In this document: piece after piece, positions 59,501 to 63,999 of the stretch
How positions within the stretch are numbered: position 1 is the stretch's first letter
How the letters are laid out: the number at the start of each line of letters is the position of its first letter
From: Eledone cirrhosa
Taxonomy: Eukaryota
Assembly (NCBI GenBank): GCA_964016885.1
Contig: OZ024744.1
Coordinates: forward strand, 114,886,001 to 114,950,000
Direction of reading: 5' to 3'
Length of the DNA stretch: 64,000 bases
Position numbers and translations under genes: made by a program
The notes under the pieces: model-generated
Seen by the model: only the letters and a program-made list of their open reading frames with translations
What the model was told of the DNA's origin: nothing
Databases searched by the model: none

Positions 59501-62500
59501 GTTGTCATCATTTCTGTTGTCTGACTTGTCGCTGTTGCTGCTGCGGTTGGTGTTGTCATCATTTCTGTTGTCTGACTTGTCGCTGTTGCTGCTGCGGTTG
59601 GTGTTGTCATCATTTCTGTTGTCTGACTTGTCGCTGTTGCTGCTGCGGTTGGTGTTGTCATTGTTTCTGTTGTCTGACTTGTCGCTGTTGCTGCTGCGGT
59701 TGGTGTTGTCATTGTTTCTGTTGTCTGACTTGTCGCTGTTGCTGCTGCGGTTGGTGTTGTCATTGTTTCTGTTGTCTGACTTGTCGCTGTTGCTGCTGCG
59801 GTTGGTGTTGTCATCATTTCTGTTGTCTGACTTGTCGCTGCTGCTGCTGCGGTTGGTGTTGTCATCATTTCTGTTGTCTGACTTGTCGCTGTTGCTGCTG
59901 CGGTTGGTGTTGTCATCATTTCTGTTGTCTGACTTGTCGCTGCTGCTGCTGCGGTTGGTGTTGTCATCGTTTCTGTTGTCTGACTTGTCGCTGTTGCTGC
60001 AGCGGTTGGTGTTGTCATCATTTCTGTTGTCTGACTTGTCGCTGTTGCTGCTGCGGTTGGTGTTGTCATTGTTTCTGTTGTCTGACTTGTCGCTGTTGCT
60101 GCTGCGGTTGGTGTTGTCATCATTTCTGTTGTCTGACTTGTCGCTGCTGCTGCTGCGCTTGGTGTTGTCATCGTTTCTGTTGTCTGTCTTGTCGCTGTTG
60201 CTGCTGCGGTTGGTGTTGTCATCATTTCTGTTGTCTGTCTTGTCGCTGTTGCTGCTGCGGTTGGTGTTGTCATCATTTCTGTTGTCTGACCTGTCGCTGT
60301 TGCTGCTGCGGTTGGTGTTGTCATTGTTTCTGTTCTCTGACTTGTCGCTGTTGCTGCTGCGGTTGGTGTTGTCGTCATTTCTGTTGTCTGACTTGTCGCT
60401 GTTGCTGCTGCGGTTGGTGTTGTCATCATTTCTGTTGTCTGACTTGTCGCTGTTGCTGCTGCGGTTGGTGTTGTCATCATTTCTGTTGTCTGTCTTGTCG
60501 CTGTTGCTGCTGCGGTTGGTGTTGTCATTGTTTCTGTTGTCTGACTTGTCGCTGTTGCTGCTGTGGTTGGTGTTGTCATCATTTCTGTTGTCTGACTTGT
60601 CGCTGTTGCTGCTGCGGTTCGTGTTGTCATCATTTCTGTTGTCTGACTTGTCGCTGTTGCTGCTGCGGTTGGTGTTGTCATCGTTTCTGTTGTCTGTCTT
60701 GTCGCTGTTGCTGCTGCGGTTGGTGTTGTCATCATTTCTGTTGTATGTCTTGTCGCTGTTGCTGCTGCGGTTGGTGTTGTCATCATTTCTGTTGTCTGAC
60801 CTGTCGCTGTTGCTGCTGTGGTTGGTGTTGTCATCATTTCTGTTGTCTGACTTGTCGCTGTTGCTGCTGCGGTTGGTGTTGTCATCATTTCTGTTGTCTG
60901 ACTTGTCGCTGTTGCTGCTGCGGTTGGTGTTGTCATTGTTTCTGTTGTCTGTCTTGTCGCTGTTGCTGCTGTGGTTGGTGTTGTCATCATTTCTGTTGTC
61001 TGACTTGTCGCTGTTGCTGCTGCGGTTGGTGTTGTCATTGTTTCTGTTGTCTGACTTGTCGCTGTTGCTGCAGCGGTTGGTGTTGTCATCATTTCTGTTG
61101 TCTGACTTGTCGCTGTTGCTGCTGCAGTTGGTGTTGTCATTGTTTCTGTTGTCTGTCTTGTCGCTGTTGCTGCTGCGGTTGGTGTTGTCATCATTTCTGT
61201 TGTCTGACTTGTCGCTGTTGCTGCTGCGGTTGGTGTTGTCATTGTTTCTGTTGTCTGACTTGTCGCTGTTGCTGCTGCGGTTGGTGTTGTCATCATTACT
61301 GTTGTCTGACTTGTCGCTGTTGCTGCTGTGGTTGGTGTTGTCATTGTTTCTGTTGTCTGTCTTGTCGCTGTTGCTGCTGCGGTTGGTGTTGTCATTGTTT
61401 CTGTTGTCTGACCTGTCGCTGTTGCTGCTGCGGTTGGTGTTGTCATCATTACTGTTGTCTGACTTGTCGCTGTTGCTGCTGTGGTTGGTGTTGTCATTGT
61501 TTCTGTTGTCTGTCTTGTCGCTGTTGCTGCTGCGGTTGGTGTTGTCATTGTTTCTGTTGTCTGTCTTGTCGCTGTTGCTGCTGCGGTTGGTGTTGTCATC
61601 ATTTCTGTTGTCTGACCTGTCGCTGTTGCTGCTGCGGTTGGTGTTGTCATCATTTCTGTTGTCTGACCTGTCGCTGTTGCTGCTGCGGTTGGTGTTGTCA
61701 TCATTTCTGTTGTCTGACTTGTCGCTCTTGCTGCTGCGGTTGGTGTTGTCATCATTTCTGTTGTCTGACTTGCCGCTGTTGCTGCTGCGGTTGGTGTTGT
61801 CATCATTTCTGTTGTCTCTCTTGTCGCTGTTGCTGCTGCGGTTGGTGTTGTCATCATTTCTGTTGTCTGACTTGTCGCTGTTGCTGCTGTGGTTGGTGTT
61901 GTCATCATTTCTGTTGTCTGACTTGTCGCTGTTGCTGCTGCGGTTGGTGTTGTCATCATTTCTGTTGTCTGTCTTGTCGCTGTTGCTGCTGTAGTTGGTG
62001 TTGTCATCATTTCTGTTGTCTGACTTGTCGCTGTTGCTGCTGCGGTTGGTGTTGTCAGCATTTCTGTTGTCTGACTTGTCGCTGTTGCTGCTGCGGTTGG
62101 TGTTGTCATCATTTCTGTTGTCTGTCTTGTCGCTGTTGCTGCTGTGGTTGGTGTTGTCATCATTTCTGTTGTCTGACTTGTCGCTGTTGCTGCTGCGGTT
62201 GGTGTTGTCATCATTTCTGTTGTCTGTCTTGTCGCTGTTGCTGCTGTAGTTGGTGTTGTCATCATTTCTGTTGTCTGACTTGTCGCTGTTGCTGCTGCGG
62301 TTGGTGTTGTCATCATTTCTGTTGTCTGACTTGTCGCTGTTGCTGCTGCGGTTGGTGTTGTCATTGTTTCTGTTGTCTGTCTTGTCGCTGTTGCTGCTGC
62401 GGTTGGTGTTGTCATCATTTCTGTTGTCTGACTTGTCACTGTTGCTGCTGCGGTTGGTGTTGTCATCATTTCTGTTGTCTGACTTGTCGCTGTTGCTGCT

Positions 62501-63999
62501 GCGGTTGGTGTTGTCATCATTTCTGTTGTCTGACTTGTCGCTGTTGCTGCTGCGGTTGGTGTTGTCGTCATTTCTGTTGTCTGACTTGTCGCTGTTGCTG
62601 CTGCGGTTGGTGTTGTCATTGTTTCTGTTGTCTGACTTGTCGCTGTTGCTGCTGCGGTTGGTGTTGTCATTGTTTCTGTTGTCTGACTTGTCGCTGTTGC
62701 TGTTGCGGTTGGTGTTGTCATCATTTCTGTTGTCTGAGTTGTCCCTGTTGCTGCTACGGTTGGTGTTGTCATCATTTCTGTTGTCTGACTTGTCGCTGTT
62801 GCTGCTGCGGTTGGTGTTGTCATTGTTTCTGTTGTCTGACTTGTCGCTGTTGCTGCTGCGGTTGGTGTTGTCATCATTTCTGTTGTCTGTCTTGTCGCTG
62901 TTGCTGCTGCGGTTGGTGTTGTCATTGTTTCTGTTGTCTGACTTGTCGCTGTTGCTGCTGCGGTTGGTGTTGTCATCATTTCTGTTGTCTGTCTTGTCGC
63001 TGTTGCTGCTGCGGTTGGTGTTGTCATCATTTCTGTTGTCTGACTTGTCGCTGTTGCTGCTGCGGTTGGTGTTGTCATCATTTCTGTTGTCTGACTTGTC
63101 GCTGTTGCTGCTGCGGTTGGTGTTGTCATTGTTTCTGTTGTCTGACTTGTCGCTGTTGCTGCTGCGGTTGGTGTTGTCATCATTTCTGTTGTCTGACTTG
63201 TCGCTGTTGCTGCTGCGGTTGGTGTTGTCATCATTTCTGTTGTCTGACTTGTCGCTGCTGCTGCTGCGGTTGGTGTTGTCATCGTTTCTGTTGTCTGACT
63301 TGTCGCTGTTGCTGCAGCGGTTGGTGTTGTCATCATTTCTGTTGTCTGACTTGTCGCTGTTGCTGCTGCGGTTGGTGTTGTCATTGTTTCTGTTGTCTGA
63401 CTTGTCGCTGTTGCTGCTGCGGTTGGTGTTGTCATTGTTTCTGTTGTCTGACTTGTCGCTGTTGCTGCTGCGGTTGGTGTTGTCATTGTTTCTGTTGTCT
63501 GACTTATCGCTGTTGCTGCTGCGGTTGGTGTTGTCATCATTTCTGTTGTCTGACTTGTCGCTGTTGCTGCTGCGGTTGGTGTTGTCATTGTTTCTGTTGT
63601 CTGACTTGTCGCTGTTGCTGCTGCGGTTGGTGTTGTCATCGTTTCTGTTGTCTGACTTGTCGCTGTTGCTGCTGCGGTTGGTGTTGTCATCATTTCTGTT
63701 GTCTGACTTGTCGCTGTTGCTGCTGCGGTTGGTGTTGTCATCATTTCTGTTGTCTGACTTGTCGCTGTTGCTGCTGCGGTTGGTGTTGTCATTGTTTCTG
63801 TTGTCTGACTTGTCGCTGTTGCTGCTGCGGTTGGTGTTGTCATCATTTCTGTTGTCTGACTTGTCGCTGCTGCTGCTGCGGTTGGTGTTGTCATCATTTC
63901 TGTTGTCTGACTTGTCGCTGTTGCTGCTGCGGTTGGTGTTGTCATCATTTCTGTTGTCTGACTTGTCGCTGTTGCTGCTGCGGTTGGTGTTGTCATCAT
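35551..63999 (-). CDS. Putative mucin-like Thr/Ala-rich repeat region (TE[M/T]MTTPTAAATAT[S/R/G]QT)n, 5' part; open from the right window edge, ends at TAG 35551-35553
   Basis: 9482-aa ORF in the track. The consensus is 7/17 Thr and 4/17 Ala plus Pro and Ser, typical of O-glycosylated PTS domains, with ACA/GCA/CCA codons. The true start is not visible (the ATG at 63999 is just a repeat Met). No non-repeat domain is present to confirm the identity. Confidence 0.5.
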   Translation of the reverse strand: MMTTPTAAATATSQTTEMMTTPTAAATATSQTTEMMTTPTAAAAATSQTTEMMTTPTAAATATSQTTETMTTPTAAATATSQTTEMMTTPTAAATATSQTTEMMTTPTAAATATSQTTETMTTPTAAATATSQTTETMTTPTAAATATSQTTEMMTTPTAAATAISQTTETMTTPTAAATATSQTTETMTTPTAAATATSQTTETMTTPTAAATATSQTTEMMTTPTAAATATSQTTETMTTPTAAAAATSQTTEMMTTPTAAATATSQTTEMMTTPTAAATATSQTTETMTTPTAAATATSQTTEMMTTPTAAATATSQTTEMMTTPTAAATATRQTTEMMTTPTAAATATSQTTETMTTPTAAATATRQTTEMMTTPTAAATATSQTTETMTTPTAAATATSQTTEMMTTPTVAATGTTQTTEMMTTPTATATATSQTTETMTTPTAAATATSQTTETMTTPTAAATATSQTTEMTTTPTAAATATSQTTEMMTTPTAAATATSQTTEMMTTPTAAATVTSQTTEMMTTPTAAATATRQTTETMTTPTAAATATSQTTEMMTTPTAAATATSQTTEMMTTPTTAATATRQTTEMMTTPTAAATATSQTTEMMTTPTTAATATRQTTEMMTTPTAAATATSQTTEMLTTPTAAATATSQTTEMMTTPTTAATATRQTTEMMTTPTAAATATSQTTEMMTTPTTAATATSQTTEMMTTPTAAATATRETTEMMTTPTAAATAASQTTEMMTTPTAAARATSQTTEMMTTPTAAATATGQTTEMMTTPTAAATATGQTTEMMTTPTAAATATRQTTETMTTPTAAATATRQTTETMTTPTTAATATSQTTVMMTTPTAAATATGQTTETMTTPTAAATATRQTTETMTTPTTAATATSQTTVMMTTPTAAATATSQTTETMTTPTAAATATSQTTEMMTTPTAAATATRQTTETMTTPTAAATATSQTTEMMTTPTAAATATSQTTETMTTPTAAATATSQTTEMMTTPTTAATATRQTTETMTTPTAAATATSQTTEMMTTPTAAATATSQTTEMMTTPTTAATATGQTTEMMTTPTAAATATRHTTEMMTTPTAAATATRQTTETMTTPTAAATATSQTTEMMTTRTAAATATSQTTEMMTTPTTAATATSQTTETMTTPTAAATATRQTTEMMTTPTAAATATSQTTEMMTTPTAAATATSQTTEMTTTPTAAATATSQRTETMTTPTAAATATGQTTEMMTTPTAAATATRQTTEMMTTPTAAATATRQTTETMTTPSAAAAATSQTTEMMTTPTAAATATSQTTETMTTPTAAATATSQTTEMMTTPTAAATATSQTTETMTTPTAAAAATSQTTEMMTTPTAAATATSQTTEMMTTPTAAAAATSQTTEMMTTPTAAATATSQTTETMTTPTAAATATSQTTETMTTPTAAATATSQTTETMTTPTAAATATSQTTEMMTTPTAAATATSQTTEMMTTPTAAATATSQTTEMMTTPTAAATATSQTTEMMTTPTAAATATSQTTEMMTTPTAAATATSQTTEMMTTPTAAATATSQTTEMMTTPTAAAAATSQTTEMMTTPTAAAAATSQTTEMMTTPTAAATATSQTTEMMTTPTAAATATSQTTEMMTTPTAAAAATSQTTEMMTTPTAAATATSQTTETMTTPTAAATATSQTTEMMTTPTAAATATSQTTEMMTTPTAAATATSQTTETMTTPTAAATATSQTTETMTTPTAAATATSQTTEMMTTPTAAATAISQTTETMTTPTAAATATSQTTETMTTPTAAATATSQTTETMTTPTAAATATSQTTEMMTTPTAAATATSQTTETMTTPTAAAAATSQTTEMMTTPTAAATATSQTTEMMTTPTAAATATSQTTETMTTPTAAATATSQTTEMMTTPTAAATATSQTTEMMTTPTAAATATRQTTEMMTTPTAAATATSQTTETMTTPTAAATATRQTTEMMTTPTAAATATSQTTETMTTPTAAATATSQTTEMMTTPTAAATGTTQTTEMMTTPTAAATATSQTTETMTTPTAAATATSQTTETMTTPTAAATATSQTAEMTTTPTAAATATSQTTEMMTTPTAAATATSQTTEMMTTPTAAATATSQTTEMMTTPTAAATATRQTTETMTTPTAAATATSQTTEMMTTPTAAATATSQTTEMMTTPTTAATATRQTTEMMTTPTAAATATSQTTEMMTTPTTAATATRQTTEMMTTPTAAATATSQTTEMLTTPTAAATATSQTTEMMTTPTTAATATRQTTEMMTTPTAAATATSQTTEMMTTPTTAATATSQTTEMMTTPTAAATATRETTEMMTTPTAAATAASQTTEMMTTPTAAARATSQTTEMMTTPTAAATATGQTTEMMTTPTAAATATGQTTEMMTTPTAAATATRQTTETMTTPTAAATATRQTTETMTTPTTAATATSQTTVMMTTPTAAATATGQTTETMTTPTAAATATRQTTETMTTPTTAATATSQTTVMMTTPTAAATATSQTTETMTTPTAAATATSQTTEMMTTPTAAATATRQTTETMTTPTAAATATSQTTEMMTTPTAAATATSQTTEAMTTPTAAATATSQTTEMMTTPTTAATATRQTTETMTTPTAAATATSQTTEMMTTPTAAATATSQTTEMMTTPTTAATATSQTTETMTTPTAAATATSQTTEMMTTPTAAATATSQTTETMTTPTAAATATSQTTEMMTTPTAAATATRQTTETMTTPTAAATATRQTTEMMTTPTAAATATSQTTETMTTPTAAATATGQTTEMMTTPTAAATATSQTTEMMTTPTAAATATSQTTETMTTPTAAATATSQTTEMMTTPTAAAAATSQTTEMMTTPTAAATATSQTTETMTTPTAAATATRQTTEMMTTPTAAATATSQTTETMTTPTAAATATSQTTEMMTTPAAAATATTQTTEMMTTPTAAATATSQTTETMTTPTAAATATSQTTETMTTPTAAATATSQTTEITTTPTAAATATSQTTEMMTTPTAAATATRETTEMMTTPTAAATAASQTTEMMTTPTAAARATSQTTEMMTTPTAAATATGQTTEMMTTPTAAATATGQTTEMMTTPTAAATATRQTTETMTTPTAAATATRQTTETMTTPTTAATATSQTTVMMTTPTAAATATGQTTETMTTPTAAATATRQTTETMTTPTTAATATSQTTVMMTTPTAAATATSQTTETMTTPTAAATATSQTTEMMTTPTAAATATSQTTETMTTPTAAATATSQTTEMMTTPTAAATATSQTTEMMTTPTAAATATSQTTEMMTTPTAAATATRQTTETMTTPTAAATATRQTTEMMTTPTAAATATSQTTEMMTTPTTAATATSQTTETMTTPTAAATATSQTTEMMTTPTTAATATRQTTEMMTTPTAAATATSHTTEMMTTPTAAATATRQTTETMTTPTAAATATSQTTEMMTTPTAAATATRQTTEMMTTPTAAATATRQTTETMTTPTAAATATSQTTEMMTTPTAAATATSQTTETMTTPTAAATATSQTTEMMTTPTAAATATRQTTETMTTPTAAATATRQTTEMMTTPTAAATATSQTTEMMTTPTAAAAATSQTTEMMTTPTAAATATSQTTETMTTPTAAATATRQTTEMMTTPTAAATATSQTTEMMTTPTAAAAATSQTTEMMTTPTAAATATSQTTETMTTPTAAATATRQTTEMMTTPTAAATATSQTTETMTTPTAAATATSQTTEMMTTPTAAATATTQTTEMMTTPTAAATATSQTTETMTTPTAAATATSQTTETMTTPTAAATATSQTTEITTTPTAAATATSQTTEMMTTPTAAATATSQTTEMMTTPTAAAAATSQTTEMMTTPTAAATATSQTTETMTTPTAAATATRQTTEMTTTPTAAATATSQTTEMMTTPTAAATATSQTTEMMTTPTAAATATRQTTEMTTTPTAAATATSQTTETMTTPTAAATATRQTTEMTTTPTAAATATSQTTEMMTTPTAAATATSQTTETMTTPTAAATATRQTTEMMTTPTAAATATSQTTEMMTTPTAAATATRQTTEMTTTPTAAATATSQTTEMMTTPTAAATATSQTTEMMTTPTAAATATSQTTEMMTTPTAAATATSQTTEMMTTPTAAATATSQTTEMMTTPTAAATATSQTTEMMTTPTAAATATSQTTEMMTTPTAAATATRQTTETMTTPTAAATATSQTTEMMTTPTAAATATSQTTETMTTPTTAATATSQTTEMMTTPTAAATATSQTTEMMTTPTAAATVTSQTTEMMTTPTTAATATSQTTEMMTTPTAAATATRQTTETMTTPTAAVTATSQTTEMMTTPTAAATATSQTTEMMTTPTAAATATSQTTETMTTPTAAVTATSQTTEMMTTPTAAATATSQTTEMMTTPTAAATATSQTTEIMTTPTAAATATRQTTETMTTPTAAATATSQTTEMMTTPTAAATATSQTTETMTTPTTAATATSQTTETMTTPTAAATATGQTTETMTTPTAAATATGQTTETMTTPTTAATATRQTTETMTTPTTAATATRQTTEMMTTPTAAARATSQTTETMTTPTAAATATSQTTETMTTPTAAATATSQTTETMTTPTAAATATSQTTETMTTPTAAATATSQTTETMTTPTAATTATSQTTETMTTPTAAATATSHTTEMMTTPTAAATATRQTTETMTTPTAAATATGQTTEMMTTPTAAATATSQTTEMMTTPTAAATATSQTTETMTTPTAAATATRQTTEMMTTPTAAATATSQTTEMMTTPTAAATATSQTTEMMTTPTAAATATSQTTEMMTTPTTAATATSQTTETMTTPTAAATATGQTTEMMTTPTAAATATSQTTETMTTPTAAATATRQTTETMTTPTAAATATSQTTEMMTTPTAAATATSQTTEMMTTPTTAAIATSQTTETMTTPTAAATATRQTTEMMTTPTTAAIATSQTTETMTTPTAAATATSQTTEMMTTPTAAATATSQTTETMTTPTAAATATSQTTEMMTTPTAAATATRQTTEMMTTPTAAATATSQTTETMTTPTAAATATSQTTEMMTTPTAAATATSQTTEMTTTPTAAATATSQTTETMTTPTAAATATSQTTEMMTTPTAAATATRQTTEMMTTPTTAATATGQTTETMTTPTAAATATGQTTEMTKTPTAAATATSQTTEMTTTPTAAATATRQTTEMMTTPTAAATARRQTTETMTTPTAAATATRQTTEMMTTPTAAATATSQTTETMTTPTAAATATGQTTEMMTTPTAAATATSQTTETMTTPTAAATATSQTTETMTTPTAAATATSQTTEMMTTPTAAAAATSQTTEMMTTPTAAATATSQTTETMTTPTAAATATRQTTEMMTTPTAAATATSQTTEMMTTPTAAATATSQTTEMMTTPTAAATATSQTTEMMTTPTAAATATSQTTEMMTTPTAAATATSQTTEMMTTPTTAATATSQTTETMTTPTAAATATSQTTEMMTTPTAAATATSQTTETMTTPTAAATATRQTTEMMTTPTAAATATSQTTEMMTTPTAAATATSQTTEMMTTPTAAATATSQTTEMMTTPTTAATATSQTTETMTTPTAAATATGQTTEMMTTPTAAATATSQTTETMTTPTAAATATRQTTETMTTPTAAATATSQTTEMMTTPTAAATATSQTTEMMTTPTTAAIATSQTTETMTTPTAAATATRQTTEMMTTPTTAAIATSQTTETMTTPTAAATATSQTTEMMTTPTAAATATSQTTETMTTPTAAATATSQTTEMMTTPTAAATATRQTTEMMTTPTAAATVTSQTTETMTTPTAAATATSQTTEMMTTPTAAATATSQTTEMTTTPTAAATATSQTTETMTTPTAAATATSQTTEMMTTPTAAATATRQTTEMMTTPTTAATATGQTTETMTTPTAAATATGQTTEMTKTPTAAATATSQTTEMTTTPTAAATARRQTTETMTTPTAAATATRQTTEMMTTPTAAATATSQTTETMTTPTAAATATGQTTEMMTTPTAAATATSQTTETMTTPTAAATATSQTTETMTTPTAAATATSQTTEMMTTPTAAAAATSQTTEMMTTPTAAATATSQTTETMTTPTAAATATRQTTEMMTTPTAAATATSQTTEMMTTPTAAATATSQTTEMMTTPTAAATATSQTTEMMTTPTAAATATSQTTEMMTTPTAAATATSQTTEMMTTPTAAATATSQTTETMTTPTAAATATSQTTEMMTTPTAAATATSQTTEMMTTPTAAATATGQTTEMMTTPTAAATATTQTTEMMTTPTAAATATRQTTDMMTTPTAAATATSRTTEMMTTPTAAATATSQTTEMMTTPTAAATATSQTTEMMTTPTAAATATSQTTEMMTTPTAAATATSQTTEMMTTPTAAATATSQTTEMMTTPTAAATATSQTTEMMTTPTAAATATRQTTETMTTPTAAATATSQTTEMMTTPTAAATATSQTTEMMTTPTAAATATSQTTETMTTPTTAATATSQTTEMMTTPTAAATATSQTTEMMTTPTAAATATGQTTETMTTPTAAATATSQTTETMTTPTAAATATSQTTETMTKPTAAPTATSQTTEMMTTPTAAATATGQTTEMMTTPTAAATATSQTTEMMTTPTAAATATSQTTETMTTPTTAATATSQTTEMMTTPTTAATATSQTTETMTTPTAAATATSQTTETMTTPTAAATATSQTTETMTTPTAAATATGQTTEMMTTPTAAATATSQTTEMMTTPTAAATATSQTTEMMTTPTTAATATSQTTETMTTPTAAVTATSQTTEMMTTPTAAATATRQTTEMMTTPTAAATATSQTTEMMTTPTAAATATRQTTETMTTPTAAATATGQTTEMMTTPTAAATATSQTTEMMTTPTTAATATGQTTETMTTPTAAATATSQTTEMMTTPTAAATATRQTTETMTTPTAAATATSQTTEMMTTPTAAATATSQTTEMMTTPTAAATATRQTTEMMTTPTAAATATRQTTETMTTPTAAATATSQTTEMMTTPTAAATATSQTTEMMTTPTAAATATRQTTEMMTTPTTAATATGQTTETMTTPTAAATATGQTTEMTKTPTAAATATSQTTEMTTTPTAAATATRQTTEMMTTPTAAATARRQTTETMTTPTAAATATRQTTEMMTTPTAAATATSQTTETMTTPTAAATATGQTTEMMTTPTAAATATSQTTETMTTPTAAATATSQTTETMTTPTAAATATSQTTEMMTTPTAAAAATSQTTEMMTTPTAAATATSQTTETMTTPTAAATATRQKTEMMTTPTAAATATSQTTEMMTTPTAAATATSQTTEMMTTPTAAATATSQTTEMMTTPTAAATATSQTTEMMTTPTAAATATSQTTEMMTTPTAAATATSQTTETMTTPTAAATATSQTTEMMTTPTAAATATSQTTEMMTTPTAAATTTGQTTEMMTTPTAAATATTQTTEMMTTPTAAATATRQTTDMMTTPTAAATATSRTTEMMTTPTAAATATSQTTEMMTTPTAAATATSQTTEMMTTPTAAATATSQTTEMMTTPTAAATATSQTTEMMTTPTAAATATSQTTEMMTTPTAAATATSQTTEMMTTPTAAATATSQTTEMMTTPTAAATATSQTTEMMTTPTAAATATSQTTETMTTPTTAATATSQTTEMMTTPTAAATATSQTTEMMTTPTAAATATSQTTEMMTTPTAAATATRQTTEMMTTPTAAATATSQTTEMMTTPTTAATATSQTTEMMTTPTTAATATSQTTETMTTPTAAATATSQTTETMTTPTAAATATSQTTETMTTPTAAATATGQTTEMMTTPTAAATATSQTTEMMTTPTAAATATSQTTEMMTTPTTAATATSQTTETMTTPTAAVTATSQTTEMMTTPTAAATATRQTTEMMTTPTAAATATSQTTEMMTTPTAAATATRQTTETMTTPTAAATATGQTTEMMTTPTAAATATSQTTEMMTTPTTAATATGQTTETMTTPTAAATATSQTTEMMTTPTAAATATRQTTETMTTPTAAATATSQTTEMMTTPTAAATATSQTTEMMTTPTAAATATRQTTEMMTTPTAAATATRQTTETMTTPTAAATATSQTTEMMTTPTAAATATSQTTEMMTTPTAAATATRQTTEMMTTPTTAATATGQTTETMTTPTAAATATGQTTEMTKTPTAAATATSQTTEMTTTPTAAATATRQTTEMMTTPTAAATARRQTTETMTTPTAAATATRQTTEMMTTPTAAATATSQTTETMTTPTAAATATGQTTEMMTTPTAAATATSQTTETMTTPTAAATATSQTTETMTTPTAAATATSQTTEMMTTPTAAAAATSQTTEMMTTPTAAATATSQTTETMTTPTAAATATRQKTEMMTTPTAAATATSQTTEMMTTPTAAATATSQTTEMMTTPTAAATATSQTTEMMTTPTAAATATSQTTEMMTTPTAAATATSQTTEMMTTPTAAATATSQTTETMTTPTAAATATSQTTEMMTTPTAAATATSQTTEMMTTPTAAATATGQTTEMMTTPTAAATATSQTTETMTTPTTAATATSQTTEMMTTPTAAATATSQTTEMMTTPTAAATATSQTTEMMTTPTAAATATGQTTEMMTTPTAAATATRQTTETMTTPTAAATATRPTTETMTTPTTAATATSQTTEMMTTPTAAATATGQTTETMTTPTAAATATSQTTETMTTPTAAATATSQTTETMTKPTAAPTATSQTTEMMTTPTAAATATGQTTEMMTTPTAAATATSQTTEMMTTPTAAATATSQTTETMTTPTTAATATSQTTEMMTTPTTAATATSQTTETMTTPTAAATATSQTTETMTTPTAAATATSQTTETMTTPTAAATATGQTTEMMTTPTAAATATSQTTEMMTTPTAAATATSQTTEMMTTPTTAATATSQTTETMTTPTAAATATSQTTEMMTTPTAAATATRQTTEMMTTPTAAATATSQTTEMMTTPTAAATATRQTTETMTTPTAAATATGQTTEMMTTPTAAATATSQTTEMMTTPTTAATATGQTTETMTTPTAAATATSQTTEMMTTPTAAATATRQTTETMTTPTAAATATSQTTEMMTTPTAAATATSQTTETMTTPTAAATATGQTTEMMTTPTTAATATSQTTETMTTPTAAATATGQTTEMMTTPTAAATATSQTTETMTTPTAAATATRQTTETMTTPTAAATATSQTTEMMTTPTAAATATSQTTEMMTTPTTAATATSQTTETMTTPTAAATATSQTTEMMTTPTAAATATRQTTEMMTTPTAAATATSQTTETMTTPTAAATATSQTTEMMTTPTAAATATSQTTEMTTTPTAAATATSQTTETMTTPTAAATATSQTTEMMTTPTAAATATSQTTEMMTTPTTAATATGQTTETMTTPTAAATATGQTTEMTKTPTAAATATRETTETMTTPTAAATATSQTTEMMTTPTAAATATSQTTETMTTPTAAATATS
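38400..44050. repeat. Higher-order duplication, period 3264 bp (64 units), with further related copies to about 49700; boundaries approximate
   Basis: Markers gttTtctgtc at 38864/42128 and cttCtcg at 39332/42596, the latter recurring at 46115 (+69 units) and 48359 (+44 units). Confidence 0.85.

Noticed and set aside
2-62249. Huge plus-strand Leu-rich ORFs (LLSDLSLLLLRLVLSSF)n, up to 7090 aa
   Set aside because: These are antisense shadows of the repeat. The + strand has only about 3 A per 51 nt, so stops are rare. The product would be implausibly hydrophobic, and sporadic stops are scattered through it (862, 11722, 50738, 52574, 55022, 57200, 57455, 61994, 62249).
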